Source: Acaryochloris marina S15
Lineage (GTDB): Bacteria; Cyanobacteriota; Cyanobacteriia; Thermosynechococcales; Thermosynechococcaceae
Assembly (NCBI RefSeq): GCF_018336915.1
Contig: NZ_CP064923.1
Coordinates: forward strand, 4,230,001-4,262,000
DNA length: 32,000 bases
Reading direction: 5' to 3'
The position numbers and the translations under genes were made by a program. Below the pieces are notes generated by a model, which was not told the origin of the DNA, ran no database searches, and worked only from the letters and a program-made list of their open reading frames with translations. Shown in pieces: positions 1 to 8,940 of this stretch; within the stretch, counting starts at the first letter, position 1, and each line of letters opens with the position of its first letter.

Positions 1-183
1 GACCCCCGTCATTTCCTGAAGCCTTCCATCAAGTACATGAAGCAAGTTTGCTTAGCTCGTTATGAGTCCTTTGGTACTTCTGGACAGGCAAGCAAGATTA
101 AGCAACAGCCCCTAGACATTTTTGCTGTCAAATATGCCAAGGGTGAGTTGGATGCTACAACCAAGAAAACTGTAACTGCCTAA
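1..183 (+). CDS. fba: Class II fructose-1,6-bisphosphate aldolase, 3' end only (gene begins upstream of the window)
   Basis: Frame 1 is open from base 1 to TAA at 181-183. It reads DPRHFLKPSIKYMKQVCLARYESFGTSGQASKIKQQPLDIFAVKYAKGEL..., which I recognise as the conserved C-terminal tail of cyanobacterial class II FBA. It is absent from the ORF track because it has no start codon in the window. Confidence 0.75.
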   Translation, partial: DPRHFLKPSIKYMKQVCLARYESFGTSGQASKIKQQPLDIFAVKYAKGELDATTKKTVTA

Positions 184-310
184 ACCAGAGCTGCAATCTC
201 AGGTGATGCAATTGCAACACCTGAGATTGCTCTTAAGCATTCCCATTACAGCATTGCTAGTCTGCTTAATAGGGAAGCGCTCTAGGTAAAAGCGAAGACT
301 AACTTAATCA

Positions 311-358
311 AGACATCAAGAAGGCCGTAAGAGATCTCTTACGGCCTTCTTGATGTCT
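311..358. terminator. Perfect 24+24 nt palindrome (stem-loop) between the convergent fba and M23 peptidase genes; likely a bidirectional terminator
   Basis: agacatcaagaaggccgtaagaga (311-334) is the exact reverse complement of tctcttacggccttcttgatgtct (335-358). It lies between two convergent stop codons (183 and 374). No strong U-tract on either side. Confidence 0.55.
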
Positions 359-373
359 TATGAATTCTAGAAC

Positions 374-2143
374 CTATAGCTTTCTGAGGAAGGGGACGGG
401 GTTAATCGCGCCTTTACCAGCAGAATGCAGTTCAAAATGAGTATGAGGGCCAGTACTCAGTCCAGTGCTCCCCATCTCAGCAATCTGTTGACCTTGGTAA
501 ACAGATTGTCCTACGCGCGTTTTAATGCGGTGGTTATGGGCATATAACGTCAAACTACCATCGGGGTGACGGATCTCAACAAGATTGCCATATCCCCAGC
601 GATTCCAGCCCGCAGTGGTCACAATACCCGGTGCAGAAGCAATCACAGGTGTCCCTACGGGGGCAGCAATATCAATACCACGATGGGGTCGTCCCCAACG
701 CCAACCAAACCCAGAGGTTAGAACGCCTTTAGCAGGCCACAAATATTTTTGGGGCCCCGGCAACATCTGGCTAGGTAAATAGCGATCGACAGAAGATAAA
801 GGGGGTAACTCTAAACTAGGGACCTGAGGCAACAGGTTGCGAGTCGCAATTTGAGTCGCATCACTCTTCAACTTCGGACTTGGAGTCGATTGAATCGGTA
901 AGATTGCTACAGGTGGAGAGGCTTTAGTCGAGAGGGATGGGGTTTCGTCCTGGGTTGCTTTAGGCTCTTTGGAGGTTGCAACTGCTGCCTTCTCACCTTC
1001 CCCCAACAAATCACTAGGCTTATTCTCTGTCTCAGAATCATTGAGAGCAACAATGTCCTGAACCGTCGTTAACGATAAGGAAAGGGATTGATGGGCAGGA
1101 ATGCGTAGCTTAGTTTTGGGGCCGATAGAGGCAGGATCACTAATACGGTTCGCCTTAGTAATTTCCGTCGCTGAAACCTGGTAGAGACGAGAGATATCGT
1201 CTAAGGTTTCTCCCGGCTTGACTTGATGAACAATCGCTCCCGAATCGATGAGAGCTGAATTTTGCTCGTTCGGGATAATCGTTTGAGATAAATCGATATC
1301 GGGGAGGACTGCCAAAGCGGTTGTTGAGTCTACTGCCTCTTCCTCAGTACTATCTTTTGCCAGGGTTGAGGAATCCAGCGAATCAATCGCTTGGGTATTG
1401 CTCTCAAGGGTAGAAGACAAATCTAATGGGTTGGCAATAGAGGCTGCGCTCAACTCAACATCAGACTGATCTGATGAAGGCAGAAGCTCATCTAAATCAA
1501 GCAGGGATTGACTGGGCAATTCAGCCAACAGTAGAGGCTCAACCTCTAGGATGGCTGATGCGCTGAGTTCTAAGCTCTCCTCAATATTGTCAAGGTCGAG
1601 AATATCTATGGCTTCTAACAGATTTTTAGAGGTCAAGGGAGCCATCAGCTCGTCAGCCAACTCCTGAGAAACCCCGACCAAGGTACTCTGGGTGAAAGAG
1701 ACGCCTGCCTTAGACACCAATGATTTAGAGGATCCTTCAGACTCCAGAGGCGCAGATTTAAGTGCCAGGGAACCCACCGATTTAGGGGTCAACAATGTCG
1801 TGGGCCGAGTCCCTAGGTTTGGCTCAGATGCAATGAGTGCTGAGGATGAACGCTGCAAAGTTCGTTGTTGAAATAGCCTGGAGGATTTGGAGAGGTTCTG
1901 GTTTGAATAAGCCGATAGCTTATATCGAGGAGAACCGATCAGGTCCGGCAACTGCACAGACGTATGGGTGGATATTTTTTGATGAGCAGAAGAAACAGCA
2001 GCTACAGCTGTCTGCTCAGTTGTTAGTCCGCCGATGGCACTGACCGTGATCAAACCTAGAACACTGGCAGAACGAGTTCGACGAAGGAGAGTTGATACCC
2101 CTGACGAAGTGATATCAATCTTCTGCGGAATTTCTCGTTTCAA
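374..2143 (-). CDS. LysM domain-containing M23 family metallopeptidase (NlpD-like murein endopeptidase)
   Basis: The C-terminus carries M23 motifs (PHRGIDIAAPVGTPV ... GNLVEIRHPDGSLTLYAHN ... GSTGLSTGPHTHFELH). A LysM-like segment (HQVKPGETLDDISRLYQVSATEITKANRI...KLRIP) precedes it. The N-terminus is hydrophobic, followed by a long Ser/Leu/Asp/Glu-rich low-complexity linker. The start is TTG (2143-2141), preceded by AGGAGG (complement of 2150-2155) with a 6-nt spacer. Confidence 0.85.
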   Translation of the reverse strand: MKREIPQKIDITSSGVSTLLRRTRSASVLGLITVSAIGGLTTEQTAVAAVSSAHQKISTHTSVQLPDLIGSPRYKLSAYSNQNLSKSSRLFQQRTLQRSSSALIASEPNLGTRPTTLLTPKSVGSLALKSAPLESEGSSKSLVSKAGVSFTQSTLVGVSQELADELMAPLTSKNLLEAIDILDLDNIEESLELSASAILEVEPLLLAELPSQSLLDLDELLPSSDQSDVELSAASIANPLDLSSTLESNTQAIDSLDSSTLAKDSTEEEAVDSTTALAVLPDIDLSQTIIPNEQNSALIDSGAIVHQVKPGETLDDISRLYQVSATEITKANRISDPASIGPKTKLRIPAHQSLSLSLTTVQDIVALNDSETENKPSDLLGEGEKAAVATSKEPKATQDETPSLSTKASPPVAILPIQSTPSPKLKSDATQIATRNLLPQVPSLELPPLSSVDRYLPSQMLPGPQKYLWPAKGVLTSGFGWRWGRPHRGIDIAAPVGTPVIASAPGIVTTAGWNRWGYGNLVEIRHPDGSLTLYAHNHRIKTRVGQSVYQGQQIAEMGSTGLSTGPHTHFELHSAGKGAINPVPFLRKL

Positions 2144-2801
2144 TGAGGACCTCCTAGATGCGTAGTGTGTCTCTGATAATGCAGAAACGGAACTGTGTGT
2201 AGAACTGCGTTTGAGAGTTGGAATATAAGCTCTTAATTATCTCATAACATTGTTCTTAAATGTTCGAGTGAGAGTCACGGGCGAAGAATCGTATTAGGTA
2301 AAAATACCTTGCTTCTCAAAAATAGACAAGTTTTGAGTAGGAGCATGCTTAGCCTGCTTGAATTAGAACCTTGCCCATGGCCAGCAAACAGTATTAATAA
2401 ATACATTCGCTCAGAGTGTTCAGCAAAAGCCTCTCACGTTGTTCACAATGACTGAGTGAATAGAAAGCAACGGTATGAGCTGATAAAGTGGCTTCCATTA
2501 ATCTGCCCAGGAGTCTACCCGTATATCCTGCGTGATACTACTGAATTCTTATATAAACTCATTGAAGGGTGACTAATACCTCCGTAAAAACACATAGAGG
2601 AGCTAGCAAACGGTTTGAAATTCGTTCAGTTTTGAATCTAGATACAGATATCTGTCCAAATTAAACTCACGTATTAAAAATACTTATTCGTCGATTAGAG
2701 GAAAAAATATTTCGTCTATCCTACTCTAGTTATTTGAATCTGCCAGAATCAAGGGTGGCATGCCCTATGCCTACCGCAAAACTGACTTTAAAGCCTCAAG
2801 G

Positions 2802-3263
2802 TTAAGTCATTAACGCTAGCTGTCTTCGAGCTTCAAACAGCCCTACAGCAGCACTGACCGAAAGATTCAAACTTCTGACCTGTTGATTAGCCATAGGAAT
2901 GCGAAGAACGGCAAAGCTGTCCTGCAAAACATCTGGGGGTAAACCACTGGATTCACTGCCAAAGATCAGCCAATCATTCTCGCAAAACTGAAATTGCAAG
3001 TAGCTATGAGTTCCAGATTTACTGAAGCTAATGGAACGCCCACCTTGTTGCTGCCGCACCTGCTCAAAGGCGTCCCAGGATGTGTGGGTTTGAAGGTTCA
3101 CAAAGGGCCAATAGTCTAGTCCTGCCCGCTTCAGATAGCGATCTGATATTTCAAATCCTAGAGGCTCAACTAAATGCAGCTCAGTTTGTGTTGCAGCACA
3201 AGTGCGAGCAATATTGCCTGTATTGGGAGGGATCTCAGGATAAACAAGGACAACCCGGAGCAT
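2802..3263 (-). CDS. trmL: tRNA (cytidine/uridine-2'-O-)-methyltransferase TrmL (SpoU/TrmH family)
   Basis: 153 aa. The N-terminus LVYPEIPPNTGNIARTCAAT..LHLV.PLGF and the C-terminal IPM...VRSLNLSVSAAVGLFEA knot motif are typical of TrmL. Confidence 0.85.
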   Translation of the reverse strand: MLRVVLVYPEIPPNTGNIARTCAATQTELHLVEPLGFEISDRYLKRAGLDYWPFVNLQTHTSWDAFEQVRQQQGGRSISFSKSGTHSYLQFQFCENDWLIFGSESSGLPPDVLQDSFAVLRIPMANQQVRSLNLSVSAAVGLFEARRQLALMT

Positions 3264-3289
3264 GTTGTAGACGTCTGCTGATGGACTCG

Positions 3290-4435
3290 CTATACCGCTA
3301 CAGGCTCACATAATTTGTTGCGCAGATCAATCTCTGTTTGAGACATATTTGCGATCGCATCCTGCATCACAGACTGAATCGACTGCCCCTGGCAATACTG
3401 TCTCAACCACTGTTGAGCTTCATTCCCTTGATCCAAAATTTCGCGAATTGGAGTCAGGAAACAGCTAAATCCCGATTGTTTTGCCGTCGGCCAAGCTTCG
3501 GTATACAACTCTTCAATCCAGTCCCGAGCCAGAATTTTGCGGCCATCTTGCCAATGGGTCAATTCAGCATCCAAGCTATGGGTCGCAGCAGCGATTTCAT
3601 TGGCATCTGCCAGGGCACATAGATGTTCAGGATCTGTCCTGAAGTTGCTACCGATTAAAGGATCAAGCTGGGGATCATCTAGCAGCTGGAGGATTCGAGC
3701 TTCTAGCAGCGCTGTAATGGCTAACAAATGAATGGGATGAGTGACGAGATCACAAATTCTCATCTCCAGGCGATTCAAATCATAGGGACGACGATTGCCG
3801 TTGGGGCGCACAGAACTCCACAGATGACGTACATTCTGCATCGTGCCTTGTAGCAATTGTGACTCGGTCCAATCAATAAAATGCTGGTGACTGGTAAATA
3901 GAGGCACCTGAGCAGGGGTTTTAGGGAAGACCGCCCAACGGGAAGAATGATGTCCCGTCACTTGATTTCCTAAAAAGGGAGAAGAGGCACTCAAGGCCAA
4001 AAACAGCGGAGCCTCCATCCGAACAAGGCGGCAAGCCCGGAAAAGCTGCTCGATGTCGGGAATGCCAATATTGATATGAATACTGGCGGTCACAACGCTC
4101 GTACCGTAGGTCTGCTCAATATAGGAATGGTAAGGGTTCTTGGGATCAGACCGGTAAAAATTCTCATGATCTCCAAGGGCTAGGGTACTGCCCGGAATCA
4201 GAGTGTAGTCGCCCAAGCTTTGCAAATATTGGCGAAGCTGGAGGCGGGGTTTGAGTAGATCACAAAGAAGGGGATCGTAATGATGAGCTGGGGCAGTCGT
4301 ATACTCCACGTTACGACTGTCAGGTTCTCGAACAAACCCATCTAAATCGGCAACAATCCGATCGGAGAGACCAACAATCTCACCTGAGGGTTTTCCCGTA
4401 TACAGTTCTACCTCGAACCCTTTAGAAAGCACCAT
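3290..4435 (-). CDS. gshA: Glutamate--cysteine ligase, cyanobacterial/plant-related type
   Basis: 381 aa. MVLSKGFEVELYTG...GLSDRIV...REPDSRNVEYTTAP...ASIHINIG...RLEMRICD resembles cyanobacterial GshA as I remember it. It ends 26 nt upstream of trmL on the same strand. Confidence 0.8.
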   Translation of the reverse strand: MVLSKGFEVELYTGKPSGEIVGLSDRIVADLDGFVREPDSRNVEYTTAPAHHYDPLLCDLLKPRLQLRQYLQSLGDYTLIPGSTLALGDHENFYRSDPKNPYHSYIEQTYGTSVVTASIHINIGIPDIEQLFRACRLVRMEAPLFLALSASSPFLGNQVTGHHSSRWAVFPKTPAQVPLFTSHQHFIDWTESQLLQGTMQNVRHLWSSVRPNGNRRPYDLNRLEMRICDLVTHPIHLLAITALLEARILQLLDDPQLDPLIGSNFRTDPEHLCALADANEIAAATHSLDAELTHWQDGRKILARDWIEELYTEAWPTAKQSGFSCFLTPIREILDQGNEAQQWLRQYCQGQSIQSVMQDAIANMSQTEIDLRNKLCEPVAV

Positions 4436-4761
4436 GCATATCCCTCGCTCTTGTCAAACAGATTATAGGCAGTAGATCTGAATAGACCCTTAGAAAGAGT
4501 TAGTAAATTGGATGAGGGCAAACCAAGGTTGAATGTACACTTAAAAATTGAACACAACCAATAAATAGGTGTACTGCTAGCAATGATGTCGCTCACTCGG
4601 CAGATCTTTGTTTACATTCTGACATATTTCGGTGCAGGTGTTGGGTAGAGACCCCTACTCCACGGGTCTCCGGCCCAGCCAAAACCTGCATGAGGGCCAC
4701 AAATGCCGATCATTACCGCTGAGAAAGACTGTTATGGAAGCGCTTTCTATAACGGTTCAAC

Positions 4762-5469
4762 TTATTCCATGAAGGAGCGAATGGTATCTGAGAGAATATC
4801 GAGGATTCCAGATTGCTGAATATAGGGTTGAGCTTGTTTTAAGATAGGACCCGCTTCTTTTAAGAGGGGACCTGCATCTTCTAATAGAGGAGCAGCTTCT
4901 TTTAGCAAGGGACTAGCTGCACCGATGGCAGGAGCAAATTGCTTACCCTTGGCAATCATAGGGCCATATTTTTGGTAGGCTTCCATCAACCGCTCACCAT
5001 CTACCTCAACGGTGCTAGTGGGATAGCTCTCAAGGGTATCGAGGATGGTAATTTCCCCATCTCGGCTAGCGTCTAAAACCAGTGCAGAGCGAATAGCCTG
5101 ACGACTCGCTCGCTTTGAAGGAGGAGACATGATTTCCCCGGCTTCATCCAGCATGGCATCGCCGAAGGGGGTATTGAGTAATTGATCAAGCTGAGTAGAA
5201 CTAACTGTGAAGGGGCGGGTGAGGATTTCACTCACTTTTTGTGGCTCTTGTTCTGCTAACTCTAAATACACTTTTAGATCGGCGGGGGCACGGCCCGTAT
5301 CAGCCAATTGACGTAGAGAACTGACGGGAACCGAGCGGGCAATGGGGCCATATTTAAATACAACCTGTTCTGCAGCTCCAGAAGGTAATGCGCTCAACAG
5401 CACAGCCGCACAACTTCCGAATAAACAGTTCCACCAATTGCTGTTGATCTGTGATGTTGTTGAACTCAT
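4762..5469 (-). CDS. Secreted DUF1400-type protein (cyanobacteria-specific domain) with a C-terminal heptad-repeat tail; no attached hydrolase domain
   Basis: An N-terminal signal-like segment is followed by AAEQVVFKYGPIARSVPVSSLRQLADTGRAP.DLKVYL ... IRSALVLDASRDGEITILDTLESYP. This matches my memory of the DUF1400 pattern (SYGPLERSI.V..LE.fA.TG). Confidence 0.65.
   Translation of the reverse strand: MSSTTSQINSNWWNCLFGSCAAVLLSALPSGAAEQVVFKYGPIARSVPVSSLRQLADTGRAPADLKVYLELAEQEPQKVSEILTRPFTVSSTQLDQLLNTPFGDAMLDEAGEIMSPPSKRASRQAIRSALVLDASRDGEITILDTLESYPTSTVEVDGERLMEAYQKYGPMIAKGKQFAPAIGAASPLLKEAAPLLEDAGPLLKEAGPILKQAQPYIQQSGILDILSDTIRSFME
4828..4911 (-). repeat. Four tandem imperfect 21-bp (heptad) repeats inside the DUF1400 gene
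   Basis: They encode PLLKEAA / PLLEDAG / PLLKEAG / PILKQAQ. A fifth degenerate unit, PYIQQSG, follows. Confidence 0.7.
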
Positions 5470-5802
5470 AATGCTAGCGTCTATACCTTTCCACTCTTAA
5501 GAATACCCAATTACCATGACCAAATTGTGATTCTGGAGTTCCTGAGGTCTGAGAAGTCTGTGGTATGAGGTCAAGCCAGCGGAGAGTGGAGTAGGATTTG
5601 AGGCTGCAGTTGATATTTCACGGAGTAGTCGAAAACTATCGCAAACCTGCTTCAATGGAAAGGGGCTAAATCAGTCTGTAGACTCTGTATCACCGTATCT
5701 GAAACCCAATTGAACTCAGATATTAAGGATTGAGAATTGCGTTGGGGTTGGATCGAGTCAAGATGATTCGCTGAAATTTGGTAACTGAAAGGTAAACGGT
5801 TT

Positions 5803-6576
5803 ATGGATGTTATCCCTGCTATTGACTTGTTAGAGGGTCGGTGTGTTCGTCTGTATCAAGGGGACTACGACCAATCCCAAGTATTTTCGGAGAACCCAGT
5901 TGAAGTTGCCAAAGCTTGGGAAGCTCAGGGCGCCCAATGGCTGCATTTGGTGGATTTGGATGGTGCGAAGACCGGGCAGCCCGTGAATTTAGACACCATT
6001 GCAGCGGTGGTGGAGGCCTTGGAGATTCCGGTACAAGTGGGGGGAGGCTTGCGCGATCGCAACCGTGTCACCCAACTTCTAAATTTAGGTGTAAAAAGAG
6101 GTATTTTAGGTACGATAGCCATTGAGAAACCTGATCTAGTTCAGGAGCTATGCCAAGAATTCCCTGATCAAATTGTGGTGGGTATTGATGCCCGAGAAGG
6201 CCGAGTCGCCACCCGAGGCTGGTTAGAAACGTCTGAGATTCTGGCGGTAGACTTGGCCAAACGCATGGTGACGGCGGGTGCGGCTGCGATTATTTATACC
6301 GATATTCAGCGGGACGGAACGCTTCAAGGTCCCAATATTCCGATGCTGCGAGAAATGGCTGAAGCGATTACGATTCCGGTGATTGCTTCCGGTGGGGTCA
6401 GCTCCATTACGGATCTGCTAAATTTGCTGGCGTTAGAAGCCATCGGGGTTACGGGCGCAATTGTAGGCAAAGCCTTATATACAGAAGATATCGCTTTATC
6501 TGAAGCCCTCCGGGCCGTTGGTCCTGGTCGCTGGCAGGATGTGCCTCCCGATTTAGGCTCTTCTGCGCTGGCCTAG
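5803..6576 (+). CDS. hisA: 1-(5-phosphoribosyl)-5-[(5-phosphoribosylamino)methylideneamino]imidazole-4-carboxamide isomerase
   Basis: 257 aa. [22 protein letters not shown]..., [17 protein letters not shown] and ASGGVSS are classic HisA (beta-alpha barrel) motifs. Confidence 0.92.
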   Translation: MDVIPAIDLLEGRCVRLYQGDYDQSQVFSENPVEVAKAWEAQGAQWLHLVDLDGAKTGQPVNLDTIAAVVEALEIPVQVGGGLRDRNRVTQLLNLGVKRGILGTIAIEKPDLVQELCQEFPDQIVVGIDAREGRVATRGWLETSEILAVDLAKRMVTAGAAAIIYTDIQRDGTLQGPNIPMLREMAEAITIPVIASGGVSSITDLLNLLALEAIGVTGAIVGKALYTEDIALSEALRAVGPGRWQDVPPDLGSSALA

Positions 6577-6629
6577 AAGTGACAACGCCACTCAGCAAAC
6601 CATTCGAACGGGGGTATTGAAAACACCAT

Positions 6630-6890
6630 TCAATACTTCAAGGGCCATTCAAGCTCAAATTCAACGCTCAGAAGAGGATGAGCATGCTCAAGTACCTCGG
6701 CAAGAGCTTCAGCACTTTGCCTGTTTCCTTCCCACAGCAAAAAAGTGCTTGAATTCGTGGCTTTATACGTCAATCCATATTGTTTAAGGATAGGGATAGC
6801 AGATTTGAGCTGTACCCACACATCCTGAGTCCAGTTCGGATCGGACTCGTGTGGCCAAGAAACGATTATCGTGCCATCCTCATTCGCCAT
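6630..6890 (-). CDS. Hypothetical small protein (86 aa)
   Basis: ATG-initiated ORF with no competing ORF on the other strand and a Trp-rich sequence. I recognise no family. Confidence 0.45.
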   Translation of the reverse strand: MANEDGTIIVSWPHESDPNWTQDVWVQLKSAIPILKQYGLTYKATNSSTFLLWEGNRQSAEALAEVLEHAHPLLSVEFELEWPLKY

Positions 6891-6985
6891 GTACCTAAGC
6901 AGTAGGACATAATTAATTTCACAACATTTTTGCTAAAACCCTGGCTTAGCAAGGAAATAGATTGTAATTACTTCTGCTTAAGTGC

Positions 6986-7333
6986 TTATATATCTTGGAT
7001 ATCTAAAGTTAAAGTAGGCGGTGCAGCAAAGTCTCTACAGTCAATCGCATTCTCTGATAAGGCGATATCAGGACGGACCGAGCATTTGAGACGATAGTCG
7101 TTTGTGAAATATTGGCAGTTACTACAGGGGATTTGATGCATCCGATTTGAGACTCGGATACTGTATGCGATCGCAGATCCAATATTCCAAAGTATCAACC
7201 CTACAATCCCCCAGGCCAAACAAAAGCCAATCCCCACAAACAGAAAATGAAACGCAGGGGAAACCCACAATTGATAAACCATAATGCCCCGATAACAAAG
7301 CCATGTATAGATGGGCAATAAACTACTACCCAT
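6986..7333 (-). CDS. Small membrane protein with two predicted TM helices and a Cys-rich C-terminal region
   Basis: 115 aa. Hydrophobic stretches FHFLFVGIGFCLAWGIVGLILWNIGSAIAY are followed by CSNCQYF...KCSVRP...CRDF. A HIP1 site lies inside the gene (7167-7174). Confidence 0.55.
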   Translation of the reverse strand: MGSSLLPIYTWLCYRGIMVYQLWVSPAFHFLFVGIGFCLAWGIVGLILWNIGSAIAYSIRVSNRMHQIPCSNCQYFTNDYRLKCSVRPDIALSENAIDCRDFAAPPTLTLDIQDI

Positions 7334-7547
7334 CCTTAAGGTAAAACCTTAAAAACAAGGACAAAGCAGGGATCATAGCTTCGTCATAAATATTGCAATC
7401 TCTTTACTCTTAGCAATTGAACAACACAATTAAGTTAATCATCACTGAGGCGTTGGAAGTCACTGATTAAGAAATCTGTGGTCTCACTCCCTGACTTTCG
7501 TTGAAGGCTCGATCTAAGCAATGTGCAACCGTATTAAAACAGCACTG

Positions 7548-7859
7548 CTAATAGCTGGAGACATTTCCTGGTAAAACGAATTCACAATGGTCCAACAGTT
7601 TCTCACCACGATCATCAAATACGACACTTGGCTTGGGTAAGAACGCCGTGAAGCAATCGTCGATACCTAGCGATATTGCAATCTTACGAGCATATTCTCC
7701 ACCACCACGGCTCCAGCAAAATAGTTCGTGACCAGCACCCGACATCCGACGTACATATTCTATGGATAGGGGCATTGGGATCTGTTTTGAGCCAAATGTA
7801 CGGATGAGAGTATCATCCACATCGATATAAATCACGTGTTTCTTTTGATCTGGCGTCAT
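7548..7859 (-). CDS. Small HAD-superfamily phosphatase-like protein
   Basis: HAD motif I is IYIDVDDTL (DxDxT). A motif II-like CWSRGG and a motif III-like LPKPSVVFDD are also present. The ORF extends to 7931, but the Met at 7859 (MTPDQKKHVIYIDVDDTL) places motif I at the usual N-terminal distance. Confidence 0.55.
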   Translation of the reverse strand: MTPDQKKHVIYIDVDDTLIRTFGSKQIPMPLSIEYVRRMSGAGHELFCWSRGGGEYARKIAISLGIDDCFTAFLPKPSVVFDDRGEKLLDHCEFVLPGNVSSY

Positions 7860-8027
7860 GTAATGCGAAGTTTTTCTGTTTCTTGATCTCTGTCTAAGCA
7901 TCATTGCCACTGCTCTGTGAGCAACTTGCATTGATTTTCAAGCAACTCTCAACCGATCAGTTCAGCAACTGACGCAACCAATTACGATGCATCGGCAATG
8001 CAAGTAAGGAAAATCTTGCAACCGGTG

Positions 8028-8222
8028 TCATTGCTGTCGCTTGAATATGGCAACAACATCCTGGGAGCCGCCCTGGTGCCTGTTGATATCAAAGGCACTT
8101 ACCAGTTCCCACCCTTCAGCACCCAGTTGGTTCATATATTCATCCAGTTTAACCTCGTCAAAGTTGCGTTTGAAGACACCCGTGGTTGCAAGCTTAATGG
8201 TCTTATATTCAAAGCTAGGCAT
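8028..8222 (-). CDS. DUF4177 domain-containing small protein
   Basis: 64 aa. MPSFEYKTIKL...KLDEYMNQLGAEGWELVSAF...VAIFKRQ fits the DUF4177 pattern (YEYK.v.l ... LN.lG.eGWELVsv). The overlapping plus-strand ORFs (7998-8282, 8041-8238) are judged spurious. Confidence 0.65.
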   Translation of the reverse strand: MPSFEYKTIKLATTGVFKRNFDEVKLDEYMNQLGAEGWELVSAFDINRHQGGSQDVVAIFKRQQ

Positions 8223-8342
8223 TCTTCATGTCTCCTGATTTGCGATGGACAGTGGCATGACCTAAATATTGTGGATGCTTGAGTCTTAGTTCAATCTTTA
8301 GTGAATTACATCGAAGTTTGGTTTGAGAAGATATCTGGCCAA

Positions 8343-8804
8343 CTACTCAGATATCCCCTCAAACATTTGCTTAGCTGCTTCCTCGATTTCCTTGGGCGAC
8401 ATTTCACGGAGTTGAGTAGTAATTCCCCATTCGTGGCCGAATGGATCACGAACACGGGCAAACCGCTCGCCCCAGAAAACATCAGTGGGGTCCATTAAAA
8501 CTTCTGAACCGCTATTTCTCATAGTTTTGACCATTGCATCACAATCATCGACGTATAAATGAATCGCCATGGTTGTCCCCCCAAGGCTTTTTGGACTTGG
8601 CGTTCCACCATGTTCTGGCAGTTCTTCACTCAGGAAAAACCGAGCATTACCAATGCGAAATTCGCAGTGCATCACATGACCATCCGGCATGTTGAGTAAA
8701 AGGTACGGAGCAACGCCAAAAACGTCAGTGTAGAATTCGACCGCCTTTTGAGCGTCGTTGATGCTGAGATACGGAACGAATTCGCAAGAGGTTGGTGAAG
8801 GCAT
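8343..8804 (-). CDS. VOC (glyoxalase/bleomycin-resistance/PhnB-like) family protein
   Basis: 153 aa. PYLSINDAQKAVEFYTDVFG...HCEFRIGNARFFLSEE...MAIHLYVDDCDAM...DVFWGERFARVRDPFGHEWGI is the typical PhnB-like VOC pattern. Confidence 0.8.
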   Translation of the reverse strand: MPSPTSCEFVPYLSINDAQKAVEFYTDVFGVAPYLLLNMPDGHVMHCEFRIGNARFFLSEELPEHGGTPSPKSLGGTTMAIHLYVDDCDAMVKTMRNSGSEVLMDPTDVFWGERFARVRDPFGHEWGITTQLREMSPKEIEEAAKQMFEGISE

Positions 8805-8940
8805 TTGTTTATGAAAGTCGGACTGGTGAATGTGCTTTTGTGGGAGTCACCTAACAGATTCACATTAGAGGCGCGAGAAATAATTCAAAGCGTCTACCAA
8901 GAGAGTGGTTCGAGTATCCCTTATACGGCAATTAAGACGG

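Noticed and set aside
4408-4596. 62-aa minus-strand ORF upstream of gshA
   Set aside because: It overlaps the gshA start region, has an odd composition and no RBS or family resemblance. This is more likely the gshA promoter and leader.
8907-8920. tRNA T-arm-like string ggttcgagtatccc
   Set aside because: The flanking sequence cannot form a T stem, an acceptor stem or the rest of a cloverleaf. The string is an imperfect match to GGTTCGA(G/A)TCC, with an extra base.
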